A stretch of 26,785 nt of DNA. It comes from Candidatus Thorarchaeota archaeon (lineage in GTDB: Archaea; Asgardarchaeota; Thorarchaeia; Thorarchaeales; Thorarchaeaceae). Shown one piece after another: positions 17,882 through 26,784 of the stretch. The DNA lies in NCBI GenBank assembly GCA_020348985.1, contig CP070761.1:2864121-2890905 (forward strand), read 5' to 3'. Numbering within the stretch: the first letter of the stretch is position 1; each line of letters begins with the position of its first letter. Position numbers and translations under genes: made by a program. The notes beneath the pieces are model-generated. The model was not told the origin of the DNA. It did not search any database and worked only from the letters and a program-made list of their open reading frames with translations.

Positions 17882-18865
17882 ATGTTCGAGCAGCAAGCTC
17901 GGGAACGGATTGCATTTCTACCAACGCCATTCCATCGCCTAAAGAATCTAGGACCCAACATTGGTCTCGACAACCTTTGGATAAAGAGAGATGATCTCAC
18001 CGGTCTCTCGGCTGGAGGAAACAAGACAAGGAAACTCGAGTTCGTCGTCGGTAGTGCTCTGAGAGAGTACGCTGACACGCTCGTCACTGTTGGGGCCGTC
18101 CAAAGTAACCATTGTAGACAGACAGCGGCAGTCTCCGCGATGAAAGGATTGAGATGTGTTCTTCTTCTGCGGGGTCAAGAACCGGAGTCTGAAACAGGGA
18201 ACCTCTTGATGTCTCGCCTCTTTGGAGCCGAAACGAAATTCTATCCAGATGATACATTTGACGAGCTCCAAGAACGCCTGACTTCAGTAACTGAGACCCT
18301 CACTGAACTTGGTTTGCGCCCATTTCCAATCCCAGCCGGTGCCGCCATGCCGGAGGGGATCATCGCCTATGCAGTGGCCATGGAGGAGCTTAAGACTCAA
18401 GCTACCGAACAGGGAACAGACATTGAGAGAATAGTCGTTGCGTCTGGCACATGTGGCACTCAGGCAGGAATGATACTTGGGGCGAAGTTGCTAGATTGGG
18501 ATGTACAAATCATTGGTGTAAGCACTTCGATTGACTCGGAGACGGGAGTTGCCAGGGTTAGGAAGTTGATTGACGAGACCACGGAGGCATACCCCGACGA
18601 AATCGACAAGTTCCTGCCCAAAGTGACTGTCGACGATCAGTTCGTCGGGGAAGGGTACGGAATTCTGAGCGAAGGTGCGAAGAGTGCAATCGAGCTATTC
18701 GGCAAAACAGAAGGCATCCTTCTAGACCCAGTGTATACAGGAAAGGCTGCCCTGGGGCTCATAAGGATGTCACTTGCAGGTGATATCGACCGAGATTCGC
18801 CTACTCTCTTTTGGCATACAGGTGGTATGCCTGCAGTCTTTGCCTATGCGAAAGAGTTGCAGTAG
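17882..18865 (+). CDS. D-cysteine desulfhydrase family PLP enzyme (DcyD-like)
   Basis: PTP, KRDD, GGNKTRKLEF (PLP Lys), QSNH, DPVYTGKA and HTGG. Thr at the two diagnostic positions indicates the desulfhydrase type rather than ACC deaminase (YEGK/HLGG). Start corrected to ATG 17882. Confidence 0.88.
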   Translation: MFEQQARERIAFLPTPFHRLKNLGPNIGLDNLWIKRDDLTGLSAGGNKTRKLEFVVGSALREYADTLVTVGAVQSNHCRQTAAVSAMKGLRCVLLLRGQEPESETGNLLMSRLFGAETKFYPDDTFDELQERLTSVTETLTELGLRPFPIPAGAAMPEGIIAYAVAMEELKTQATEQGTDIERIVVASGTCGTQAGMILGAKLLDWDVQIIGVSTSIDSETGVARVRKLIDETTEAYPDEIDKFLPKVTVDDQFVGEGYGILSEGAKSAIELFGKTEGILLDPVYTGKAALGLIRMSLAGDIDRDSPTLFWHTGGMPAVFAYAKELQ

Positions 18866-18919
18866 TACATTGATTGTCCTAATACGTAGTTCGTAATACC
18901 TATTATGCGATAGTCTGGC

Positions 18920-19624
18920 TTGTCTATCGCCGTTAAGGCTTTGCGTCAAAAGTCGGAGTGGTTTGTAGTGGAAGAGAATGCTGAAAGGGCTACCTGGCCC
19001 GATTCAGGTGATGATGTAGGGACACTATCTCAGAAGCAGGACAAGCTGCTGATATCAATCGGTTTCATCGGGTCTCTGTTCTATGCCATGGAAAGATTCC
19101 CGGTGATTCTGCTCATCGTATACTGGCAGGGACCGATATCTCCTGTCTACTACTCTATCGTGTACTTTGCAGATTATCTCAGTGTAGGAGCTGCAATAAT
19201 GATTGGGCTAGGACTACTCACACTCGCCCAGACAGCACAAAAGAACTGGGCGACTGCAGTGCCGATTGTAATGATCTTGCTGCCGATTACTACTGTCACT
19301 CTCAGTCGAGAGCTTATGCTCCTTGTGGGGGAAATTGAGCTCTATCAACTTGTTTCAGCGGTGGTTGTCAACAGCGTATGGCTGATAGTGGCTGCTGTCA
19401 TCTGGAGTCTAAGCCCTTCACTCCAGGACGAATCACGCACGAAGCTCACATCATTGATTGTACTGCTCCATGTTGTGGGAATCCCAATCTCGACGGCTGT
19501 AGCCATTCCCTTCGTGGGGGACATTTCTCAGATTTGGATAGCACTTCTTCCAGCGGCAGTCCTAGCATTGATTGCTGGTGTTGCACTCGCGCTGTTCTTC
19601 AAAGCCAATCTACCGAAAACGTAA
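18920..19624 (+). CDS. Hypothetical 6-TM membrane protein
   Basis: 234 aa ORF with about 6 hydrophobic helices. The start may be the GTG at 18968. Confidence 0.65.
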   Translation: MSIAVKALRQKSEWFVVEENAERATWPDSGDDVGTLSQKQDKLLISIGFIGSLFYAMERFPVILLIVYWQGPISPVYYSIVYFADYLSVGAAIMIGLGLLTLAQTAQKNWATAVPIVMILLPITTVTLSRELMLLVGEIELYQLVSAVVVNSVWLIVAAVIWSLSPSLQDESRTKLTSLIVLLHVVGIPISTAVAIPFVGDISQIWIALLPAAVLALIAGVALALFFKANLPKT

Positions 19625-19749
19625 AGCCATATATCATCAGACTAGGTGAGGCTGTTACACACTCCCAAGACCACCAAGGCCGCAGCCGATGCGTGGTCCT
19701 TTAATAGAATCTCAACCGATTGACCTACAGGTGATGCGGGGGCGTAGTT

Positions 19750-20667
19750 ATGCATAAAGAGGCTGCCAAGTTTACCAAGGCTTTCAAGGAACGTCTTGAC
19801 GCTGCGACTGATGAAAAGGTTCGAATAGTGATCAAAGAGCAGTACAAAGACGCATTCGACATACTCTCAGACTGCGAGAATGCAGGTCTTATCCCTGGAA
19901 TAATTGGCCCTCCGGGAATCGGCAAGACGCTGCTGTTGCGCGCGTACGCTGAGAAGAGCAGACGTGAGTTCCATTGGGTAACCGGTGATGAGGGCGTCCG
20001 GCCAAGTCATCTCATCGGGTCGTTTAACCCAGCTCTCGTCCTGGACAAAGGATTCAGTCTTGATTCATTTGAACCGGGTACACTTCTGAAGTCGATGGTT
20101 CTTGGGGGAGTGTTCGGTCTCAATGAGGCAAACCGTCTTCCAGAGTACGTCCAGAATAGTCTGTTAGAGCCTTTCGAAGAGCTGAGCGTCAATGTTCAAA
20201 GACTAGGCAGGGTCAAAGCCTCAGACGGTTTCTTTCCAGTGCTAACGCTAAACCCTGAGGAAATGGCAGGTGCTCACAGACTGAGTGAGGCTCTCAGAGA
20301 CCGAATTAGGGTTTGGATCAGACTAGGATATCCTCGCAAAGAGACGGAGATGGAGATAGTCCGTGTAAACTGTCCCGAGTACACGATAAGTGATGACACT
20401 CTGGAGAAGATCTACAGCCTGGTGTCATCGACGAGGATGACAACGGACATTGAGATTCCGGCATCAATTCGAGCAGGTATTTCTGTTGCCCGTCTTGCCG
20501 CAGAGATGACAAAACGTCAAAAAGAGAAGTCGACAAGTCATCAGACACTATCGAAGGCAGCAAGTTACGTTCTTTCGGGAGCGCTCAGATTCAGGCCAGG
20601 AATTGACCCTCAACCGGCGGTTGATGCGCTAATCAGGCGCTCCCTTGGAACAGGGAGGAAAGCCTAG
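19750..20667 (+). CDS. MoxR-family AAA+ ATPase
   Basis: Walker A GPPGIGKT, LIGSF, variant Walker B GLNEANR, TLNP, LSEALRDR (Arg finger), lid ASIRAGI. Confidence 0.9.
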   Translation: MHKEAAKFTKAFKERLDAATDEKVRIVIKEQYKDAFDILSDCENAGLIPGIIGPPGIGKTLLLRAYAEKSRREFHWVTGDEGVRPSHLIGSFNPALVLDKGFSLDSFEPGTLLKSMVLGGVFGLNEANRLPEYVQNSLLEPFEELSVNVQRLGRVKASDGFFPVLTLNPEEMAGAHRLSEALRDRIRVWIRLGYPRKETEMEIVRVNCPEYTISDDTLEKIYSLVSSTRMTTDIEIPASIRAGISVARLAAEMTKRQKEKSTSHQTLSKAASYVLSGALRFRPGIDPQPAVDALIRRSLGTGRKA

Positions 20668-20669
20668 AG

Positions 20670-23201
20670 TTGGCAATCACTCCAAAGATTACTCCAACGC
20701 CTAGCAATGTTCCGCCGTTTGCCCATGAGTTCGTAACACGTATGAGAGCTCACGAAGAAACCAAGACTAATCCAAGTGTGAGACAAACACAAGCTATTCC
20801 GATGCTGTTGTCAGCACGGTACTTCCGGAATGGAAAGTTGACACTCGATGACTTCATCGATGCTGCTGTATACACGACTTATCCAGCTGATCAAGGAATC
20901 GCTAGGATGATAGCTGAAGACATTGTGCTCGGAAGAGAGAAGCAGAAGGTTGAGATTGCCACCGATGTTAAGGCAGAAAGAAAGCCAGCGCTGTCAGAGC
21001 GGGAGAAACGCCTACAACAAGTGCTTGACAAGATCAAATGGGAACAGAACCTAGCGAAGACAATCAAGAAAGACAAAGTGCGCCAGGGTTTTGATTACCT
21101 ACAAGAACTTCTCAATAGGGAGGACGATGATCTCTACAAGGCGGCAAGACATCATCTCAAGGACGGTGATATAGTCCTCCGAGGCATATCCAGCGATGAT
21201 GGTCTCAAGCAACAAGCGGCCTCGGAACTGAGAGGGAAGTTTGGCGGCTTGACTTCTGAAGAGATTGAGAGCTCGAGAGTGATTGACGCTCTGAACGATA
21301 TCTGCGATAATGCGAGCGCAGCTGAACAACTTGCCGGAAGGGGACTGAGGGGAGACCGCAACGTTTCGGACTTGTTCAAGGACCTCGCTGAAAGAGATTC
21401 AAACACTGCTGCGAGGGCCTTAAAGCACCTAGAAGAAATGGGGGCCCTAGGACCCAGGAAAGAGAAGTCATTTGACAAAACACTCCAAGAGGCCATCCAG
21501 AACTTGAGCGAGGCGCGGGGATATTCATCTGAACTTGGCAGACCACCAGACAATATCCAAGATCATATCAATCAAGCTCCTTCGAAGTACTCTCTGGGAG
21601 ATGCCATGCAATTCGCAAAAGAGATTGGACAATCAACCGGCCAGAACTACGATGGCGATGTTTTGAAGCAATATGACGAGCAATTCGACACCAACAAGTC
21701 TCACAATGTTGACATGAGACAGCTCGCTGAATCTGCAACGAGCAATCCTCATTGGCATAGCCTTGTTCAAAAAAAGACCGCTGAAAACATAGAGAAAGCG
21801 GAATCAAGATCGTCTCCCTCCGATTTTCTACAGCAACACCTGGCAGAACTAGAGAAGCTGAGACGAGAGATTCCAAGTGGCAAGACTAGCCAAACTTGGA
21901 AAGAGGCAATGCAGAAGGTCGCAGACGCTGCCGTGAAATTCTCTCCAACAAAGACGCATCTTCGGCAGACCGTCAGACAGTGTTCGAGGATGGGCACGAT
22001 GCCCTCTCAAGAAGCGATTAGGGAGGCAGGTGGAAAGCTCGGTATGGATGAAGGAGAGATCCTGGAACTCCTTAGTCCATCTTTCAGGATAATCAAGCAA
22101 CTCGTCAAACAAGGTGTTTCTGACTTCGATCGACTACGTAGTCTAATTGCGTCTGCTGGTCTAACGAATGAACAGCTTGAAGAACTGGCAGACATCGCGG
22201 CTGAGAGTGGTAATCAGTCTGCACTTGGAGCTATTGCTCATGAGAACCTACCGGCGGCGTTGGGGCAGAGTGGAGCCCGGAGGGGCTACGGCAGACCTGG
22301 ACCTATTCCCGCACCACATGAAGAGAAAGGCAAAGAGAGAGTTGACCTGGTTTTTGGCGGGCTCTTGGGAGGTCCTGCCACTTCCATCATCAGGATGTGG
22401 TATACATACCGTGATCAGCTTCCTCCAGAGCTCAACGAACGACTTCGGTTGATTGCGAAGCGACTTCTTATAGACCTAGGAATGAGGTTCGCAAAGCAAA
22501 CAATGGGTACTTCAATGCTGGGAGGTATACAGCTTTCCACCACTGTGAGGCCGTTCCGTATTGGTGATGATATCGACCTCATCGATCTCGAGGAGACGAT
22601 AGATCACTTGTTATCAGAAGGAAGGACGGACTTCAAGATTGTCGAGCCAGAGGACTTCAGGATTGCGGAGACTTATCATGGACACAGATGTTTCGTGTGG
22701 GCGCTGGACAAAAGTGGATCGATGGACAGTGCAGAGAAGCTTGGAATGCTCGCAATTTCGGTGATGGCGGGATTGTATGCTGTTCAAAAGGATGACTTCG
22801 GAGTAGTTCTGTTTGACCATTCAACTCACATTGTCAAGAACGTTACAGAGAAGAAGGTATCAGTTGACAAGGTTGCCGCATATCTTCTTGAAGCCAGAGC
22901 AGGAGGTGGAACTGGAGCAGCACACACAATGGAATGGGCACTGAAAAACTTCGAAGAAACCAGGGCCAAAGAGAAGATCTTCATTCTGAATACTGACATG
23001 TACCTGAGTGACCAATCAAAATGTGAAGAGATAGCCTCGAGGATGAAGCAACAAGATATCAAAGTCGTTGTTATTGTTCCGAAGACTTCCTATAACCGTC
23101 AAGCTGCAAATGCTCTCGCAAAGAAGTCTCATGGAGTTGTATTGGATATTGGCACAATAGATGAGCTTCCAGAGCGACTTCTAAGAGTCACGAACTACTA
23201 G
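20670..23201 (+). CDS. Large VWA-domain protein, MoxR partner (CoxE-like C-terminus)
   Basis: 843 aa. Long helical region, RPFRIGDD..IDLEETI motif, MIDAS DKSGS...GGT...TD. Starts 2 nt after the ATPase stop. Confidence 0.85.
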   Translation: MAITPKITPTPSNVPPFAHEFVTRMRAHEETKTNPSVRQTQAIPMLLSARYFRNGKLTLDDFIDAAVYTTYPADQGIARMIAEDIVLGREKQKVEIATDVKAERKPALSEREKRLQQVLDKIKWEQNLAKTIKKDKVRQGFDYLQELLNREDDDLYKAARHHLKDGDIVLRGISSDDGLKQQAASELRGKFGGLTSEEIESSRVIDALNDICDNASAAEQLAGRGLRGDRNVSDLFKDLAERDSNTAARALKHLEEMGALGPRKEKSFDKTLQEAIQNLSEARGYSSELGRPPDNIQDHINQAPSKYSLGDAMQFAKEIGQSTGQNYDGDVLKQYDEQFDTNKSHNVDMRQLAESATSNPHWHSLVQKKTAENIEKAESRSSPSDFLQQHLAELEKLRREIPSGKTSQTWKEAMQKVADAAVKFSPTKTHLRQTVRQCSRMGTMPSQEAIREAGGKLGMDEGEILELLSPSFRIIKQLVKQGVSDFDRLRSLIASAGLTNEQLEELADIAAESGNQSALGAIAHENLPAALGQSGARRGYGRPGPIPAPHEEKGKERVDLVFGGLLGGPATSIIRMWYTYRDQLPPELNERLRLIAKRLLIDLGMRFAKQTMGTSMLGGIQLSTTVRPFRIGDDIDLIDLEETIDHLLSEGRTDFKIVEPEDFRIAETYHGHRCFVWALDKSGSMDSAEKLGMLAISVMAGLYAVQKDDFGVVLFDHSTHIVKNVTEKKVSVDKVAAYLLEARAGGGTGAAHTMEWALKNFEETRAKEKIFILNTDMYLSDQSKCEEIASRMKQQDIKVVVIVPKTSYNRQAANALAKKSHGVVLDIGTIDELPERLLRVTNY

Positions 23202-23932
23202 GGCAGGAATCCTCGGGTGCTTTCGAGGTTTTTCTCAAAGACTTCCGAGACCCACAGCTTGTATCCACATACGTAGTCCGGCGATTGAAGATCCAAGAAA
23301 CGGCTTGAAAAGAGCTGACGCAAGAGCCGCATGAATCTGAAGAAAGGATTCTCGGGTGTTACTACTTCTGCTATGCAGTTCAGTTGAAGTCCGTAGTGCT
23401 GGTTTGTAGTGTCATCGTACCAATTGAATCCCAGGCACACTCGTGGGTCTCGCAGAATATTCGTATATGTTGTTGCCCCGAACATCTCCACAGCACCAAG
23501 TCTGAATTGGTCAATCTTAGACTCGTCCAGGTAGAGCTGCTTGTATAGCTCCAATCTATCTGCTACAGTCTCTTGAAACGGCTGTCCTTGAAGCGAGAGC
23601 ACTTCACCCTCAAGGTCATCTATTCTGTCCTCAATCTCATTGTCAGACAGTGTCAATCGAACAACCTTCAAAGCAAAATTGAGCGAGAAAGGAAGGTCTA
23701 GAGTGAAAGTGCACATTGCAGGCTTTGAAACCGTGTCCCTGTAGATGAACTCTAAGCCTTCTCCTGCGTAGTCCGAACTCTCTGTTAGCCCGGCTAGCCG
23801 TTGAAACAGACGATCCGGTAGAGCATTCAAGGGATAGCTGACAATCACGTTGTCTTTCGATATCTCTATCCTCCGAAGCTCTCTATCAATGAACCTTAGA
23901 GTTGCTGTGCTATGCTCGGTCATAGGTCTCAC
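23198..23932 (-). CDS. Divergent pyridoxamine 5'-phosphate oxidase-like (split-barrel) protein
   Basis: TYTNILRDPRVCLGF and GLQLNCIAEVV resemble the 'N(L/I)xxNPxV' and following strands of PNPOx-like folds. Weak family call. Confidence 0.5.
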   Translation of the reverse strand: MRPMTEHSTATLRFIDRELRRIEISKDNVIVSYPLNALPDRLFQRLAGLTESSDYAGEGLEFIYRDTVSKPAMCTFTLDLPFSLNFALKVVRLTLSDNEIEDRIDDLEGEVLSLQGQPFQETVADRLELYKQLYLDESKIDQFRLGAVEMFGATTYTNILRDPRVCLGFNWYDDTTNQHYGLQLNCIAEVVTPENPFFRFMRLLRQLFSSRFLDLQSPDYVCGYKLWVSEVFEKNLESTRGFLP

Positions 23933-24112
23933 CTGAAGCCGATTGTTCCGAACTTCTCCCGTCTATTGAGCCAATAAGCATATCTCGTATTCGTCACAAA
24001 TCAAAAAACCACATAAGTGGGCCAGCTATCATAAATCCAGCTGCAAGAATCTGAAAATGGTCATCTTGGGTGGCGAGACGAGTCTCGTTGTAAAATCTAG
24101 TGTTGCGGAGAG

Positions 24113-24394
24113 ATGCCAATGGTTGACGCCTTCGAAATCGACTCAAAAGCCAAGCTTGTTGAAATCAAGCTAATAAAAGACATCCTTGATACCACAAAGA
24201 CACTCGTTTTCATCGACCATGATAGCAAGACAATCTTTCTATGGCGCGGAAAGAAGGCGACAATCTTTGAGAAACTAATTGGGACTCGCGTTGCTGCCAA
24301 GTTGAGTCATAAGTATCCGAAATACAGAATCAGGCCTATTGCAGAAGGGGAGGAACCTGCGGCGTTCAAAAGCCTGATCAAGAGTATTGGATAA
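24113..24394 (+). CDS. Single-domain gelsolin-like protein (Asgard ProGel-type)
   Basis: LDTTKTLVFID...IFLWRGKKA...EKLIG..VA..L...IAEGEEPAAF is the gelsolin repeat pattern (LD, D, WxG, long helix, EGxEPxxF). Confidence 0.85.
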   Translation: MPMVDAFEIDSKAKLVEIKLIKDILDTTKTLVFIDHDSKTIFLWRGKKATIFEKLIGTRVAAKLSHKYPKYRIRPIAEGEEPAAFKSLIKSIG

Positions 24395-24418
24395 AATCTG
24401 CAGCACATATTCGGTTGG

Positions 24419-24745
24419 TTGAGGATTCTGAATATTAGTCGTAGAGCATACCTGCACTGGGTCAACAACGTTAGGCCGGGTCTTATCACTCGGACCAAGA
24501 TCATTCTCCTGCTAGAGGAGGGCATACCCCTCAGCCCTACCGAGATTTCTGGCTCTGTCGGCGTCACAGCAAGTACGGTGAGTCACCATCTATTCAATAT
24601 GGAGCGGGAAGAGATCGTGCAACGCTTCCCGGAGGACCCGAAGCGTTGGACGATGGGACCATGGCTACAGGCTGACCTCTCAGAGTATTTGCGAAGTGGC
24701 AAGCGCACTCCAAAGAAGAAGCGGACCCATAGGAAGAAACGGTAG
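24419..24745 (+). CDS. ArsR-like winged helix-turn-helix protein with basic C-terminal tail
   Basis: RTKIILLL...LSPTEISGSVGVTASTVSHHLFNMEREEIV...W, then QADLSEYL and KRTPKKKRTHRKKR. Confidence 0.8.
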   Translation: MRILNISRRAYLHWVNNVRPGLITRTKIILLLEEGIPLSPTEISGSVGVTASTVSHHLFNMEREEIVQRFPEDPKRWTMGPWLQADLSEYLRSGKRTPKKKRTHRKKR

Positions 24746-24759
24746 GGGTCGAAGGAAGA

Positions 24760-26043
24760 GTGGGTGAAGAAGATACGGACTCCGAAGGGATTGGCGTTCT
24801 AATTTCCAAAGTCGACCCAAAGTCCCGATGGACAAATGAACTATTAGAATCGACTCACCTTGTACCAAGTGATACCAGAACCTTGGATCTTAGAGGGCAA
24901 AGCATTCGATCAATTGACCTGAGGCCGCTTACCATGCTACCTAGCCTTGAAATTCTGCATCTAGGGTTCAACGAACTAAGCGAAATCGATCTTAATCCAC
25001 TGGCAACATGTGTCAGCTTGACGGAACTTGACTTGGGAATAACTCCACACTCGGGCTATGTTGGGAACTCTATCCAACAGATTGACCTCAACCCGATTTC
25101 CAAATGCAGCGAACTTCGAAGACTCAGTCTTAGCGGAAACCAGCTGCGTTCGGTTGACCTTGATCCACTTGGTGAATGCGAAAGAATTAGTGAATTGGAT
25201 CTTTCTAGAAATCCTTTGAAAGAAATCGACCTTACACCCTTGAGCTCATCCAATTCACTCAATCGAATCGACCTTGGATTCTGCGAACTTGAAAGAGTGA
25301 TCCTTCCTCGAAGTAAATCGCTACAAACCCTAAGTCTTGAATGCAATCGACTTGCATCGATTGATCTAGAGCCGCTACGTGATTGCTCAGCTTTAATTGA
25401 TCTGGGTTTGGATGGCAACCCCCTAGAATCACTGAACGTGTGGCCCGTTATCGATTGCCCACGTCTCGACCTTGGTGACCAATCCTTCTTCTATCAGAAG
25501 GTAGTGCTTGCTGCCCTGGGAATGTCAGAGCTCTTCTGCTATGATGGGGATCTCATGGATGTCATGAGAGCGGCAAAATCTGAAAGTGAATCAGACGTTC
25601 GAGTAGCGGAGGTCTACAGGATTCTTGTCTCGAGGCTTGAGAAACAGATAGGAAGAAGGGGCCCGACGCTGTTCTTGGGAGTGGAGAAGTTGTCAAGAAC
25701 TCAGGCATCAAAGCTAGTTCCGCTCATTGTTGAAAGAAGAAATGAAGAGGTAGCAGAGACAACAGTTCTTGTCTCTGGTGGCGTTGCTGACTTGCGGCCG
25801 TTATTGCTGACCGAATATGGATTCAGAGTCATGACATCTCTTGGAGTTGATCCTGAGGTCTCAGAAAGGACCCTCAATAGCGTTAGAGATGCCTTAGCAG
25901 ATATTGGCCTTGAGCTGTCCATTACCAGAGATCCTTGCGAGAAGAGATGGGGAGTAGTCATGTCTGAGAGTATGAAACGCTATATCTTCCAATTGGCACA
26001 TCAGGCAAGGGAAAGGGAAGTTCAGCTGCGGAATCCGTCCTAG
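24760..26043 (+). CDS. Leucine-rich repeat protein (24-residue LxxLxLxxNxLxxIDLxPL repeats) with a non-repeat C-terminal domain
   Basis: About 8 LRR units, e.g. LEILHLGFNELSEIDLNPLATCVS. C-terminal region contains GPTLFL...DLRPLLLTEYGF. Confidence 0.85.
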   Translation: MGEEDTDSEGIGVLISKVDPKSRWTNELLESTHLVPSDTRTLDLRGQSIRSIDLRPLTMLPSLEILHLGFNELSEIDLNPLATCVSLTELDLGITPHSGYVGNSIQQIDLNPISKCSELRRLSLSGNQLRSVDLDPLGECERISELDLSRNPLKEIDLTPLSSSNSLNRIDLGFCELERVILPRSKSLQTLSLECNRLASIDLEPLRDCSALIDLGLDGNPLESLNVWPVIDCPRLDLGDQSFFYQKVVLAALGMSELFCYDGDLMDVMRAAKSESESDVRVAEVYRILVSRLEKQIGRRGPTLFLGVEKLSRTQASKLVPLIVERRNEEVAETTVLVSGGVADLRPLLLTEYGFRVMTSLGVDPEVSERTLNSVRDALADIGLELSITRDPCEKRWGVVMSESMKRYIFQLAHQAREREVQLRNPS

Positions 26044-26058
26044 GTGAGTCGCAGGTGT

Positions 26059-26784
26059 CTACTGCACGAAGAGTTTCGCAGCGTTCTCCCAGTAGATTCT
26101 CTGAAGCGCAGAATCTGGTAGTCCCAATCCTGAGAAGAACGTGCCGCCAACGCTTGCTGTATCAGGGTCTGAGAATGGAAGGGGAACATGTTCAAGCTCA
26201 GTCTCTAGGAGAAGGCGGAGCGCAAGGTGGCGGCCGTCATAGTAGCTCTTGTCTTCGGTTCGTGTAACACAGTCGGTAGCAAACAGAATCCTATCTGAGT
26301 TCCTCATAAAGAAACCACGCGACTTTTCGGGGTCTCTTCCGAGTTCGCGAGCCATCCATCTTGCTGAACTAGTGTCAAGCAACAGATTGGTATGGTCCTT
26401 GAGCATTCGCTCCAAGTTGGCCAGCCTCTCAGGCTCAGGCTGAGCCGCAAGATGAGCCGCCTGAATACTCAATTTCGAGTTCCGAGCGAGTCGATTTTCG
26501 AACTCTTGGACGTGTTGGTCCTTTGTGCCATAGAGATGTGAATCAGTATACCTCGTGGAATAGTATGTATCGGGGTCGGAAACGTGAACAATAAGCGGGA
26601 TGTCTTCATCTGTCAATGCATCAAAGAAAACGTCGAATCTCTCACAGTCAATCTGTCTTTCCTCAGGCACTCTCGCAATCCTTTGTAGCCAGAACGGAGC
26701 AAAGTGAGCCTTCGCGACAGAATATCCCTGATTCCTTAGATTCTTCACTTCTCTTACCACGTAGTCAGGTTCCTGTGTAAGTAG
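26059..26784 (-). CDS. Amidohydrolase family protein (Amidohydro_2-like); 5' end lies outside the window
   Basis: IVHVSDP, AAHLA, LDTSS, RILFATD, IYWENA. The frame stays open upstream of 26760 (LLTQEPDY) to the window edge. Confidence 0.85.
   Translation of the reverse strand, partial: LLTQEPDYVVREVKNLRNQGYSVAKAHFAPFWLQRIARVPEERQIDCERFDVFFDALTDEDIPLIVHVSDPDTYYSTRYTDSHLYGTKDQHVQEFENRLARNSKLSIQAAHLAAQPEPERLANLERMLKDHTNLLLDTSSARWMARELGRDPEKSRGFFMRNSDRILFATDCVTRTEDKSYYDGRHLALRLLLETELEHVPLPFSDPDTASVGGTFFSGLGLPDSALQRIYWENAAKLFVQ

Noticed and set aside
19750-23201. Magnesium/cobalt chelatase, GvpN or CO-dehydrogenase maturation assignment
   Set aside because: No chelatase H subunit, gas-vesicle genes or cox genes are in the window, so only a generic MoxR-VWA call is supported.
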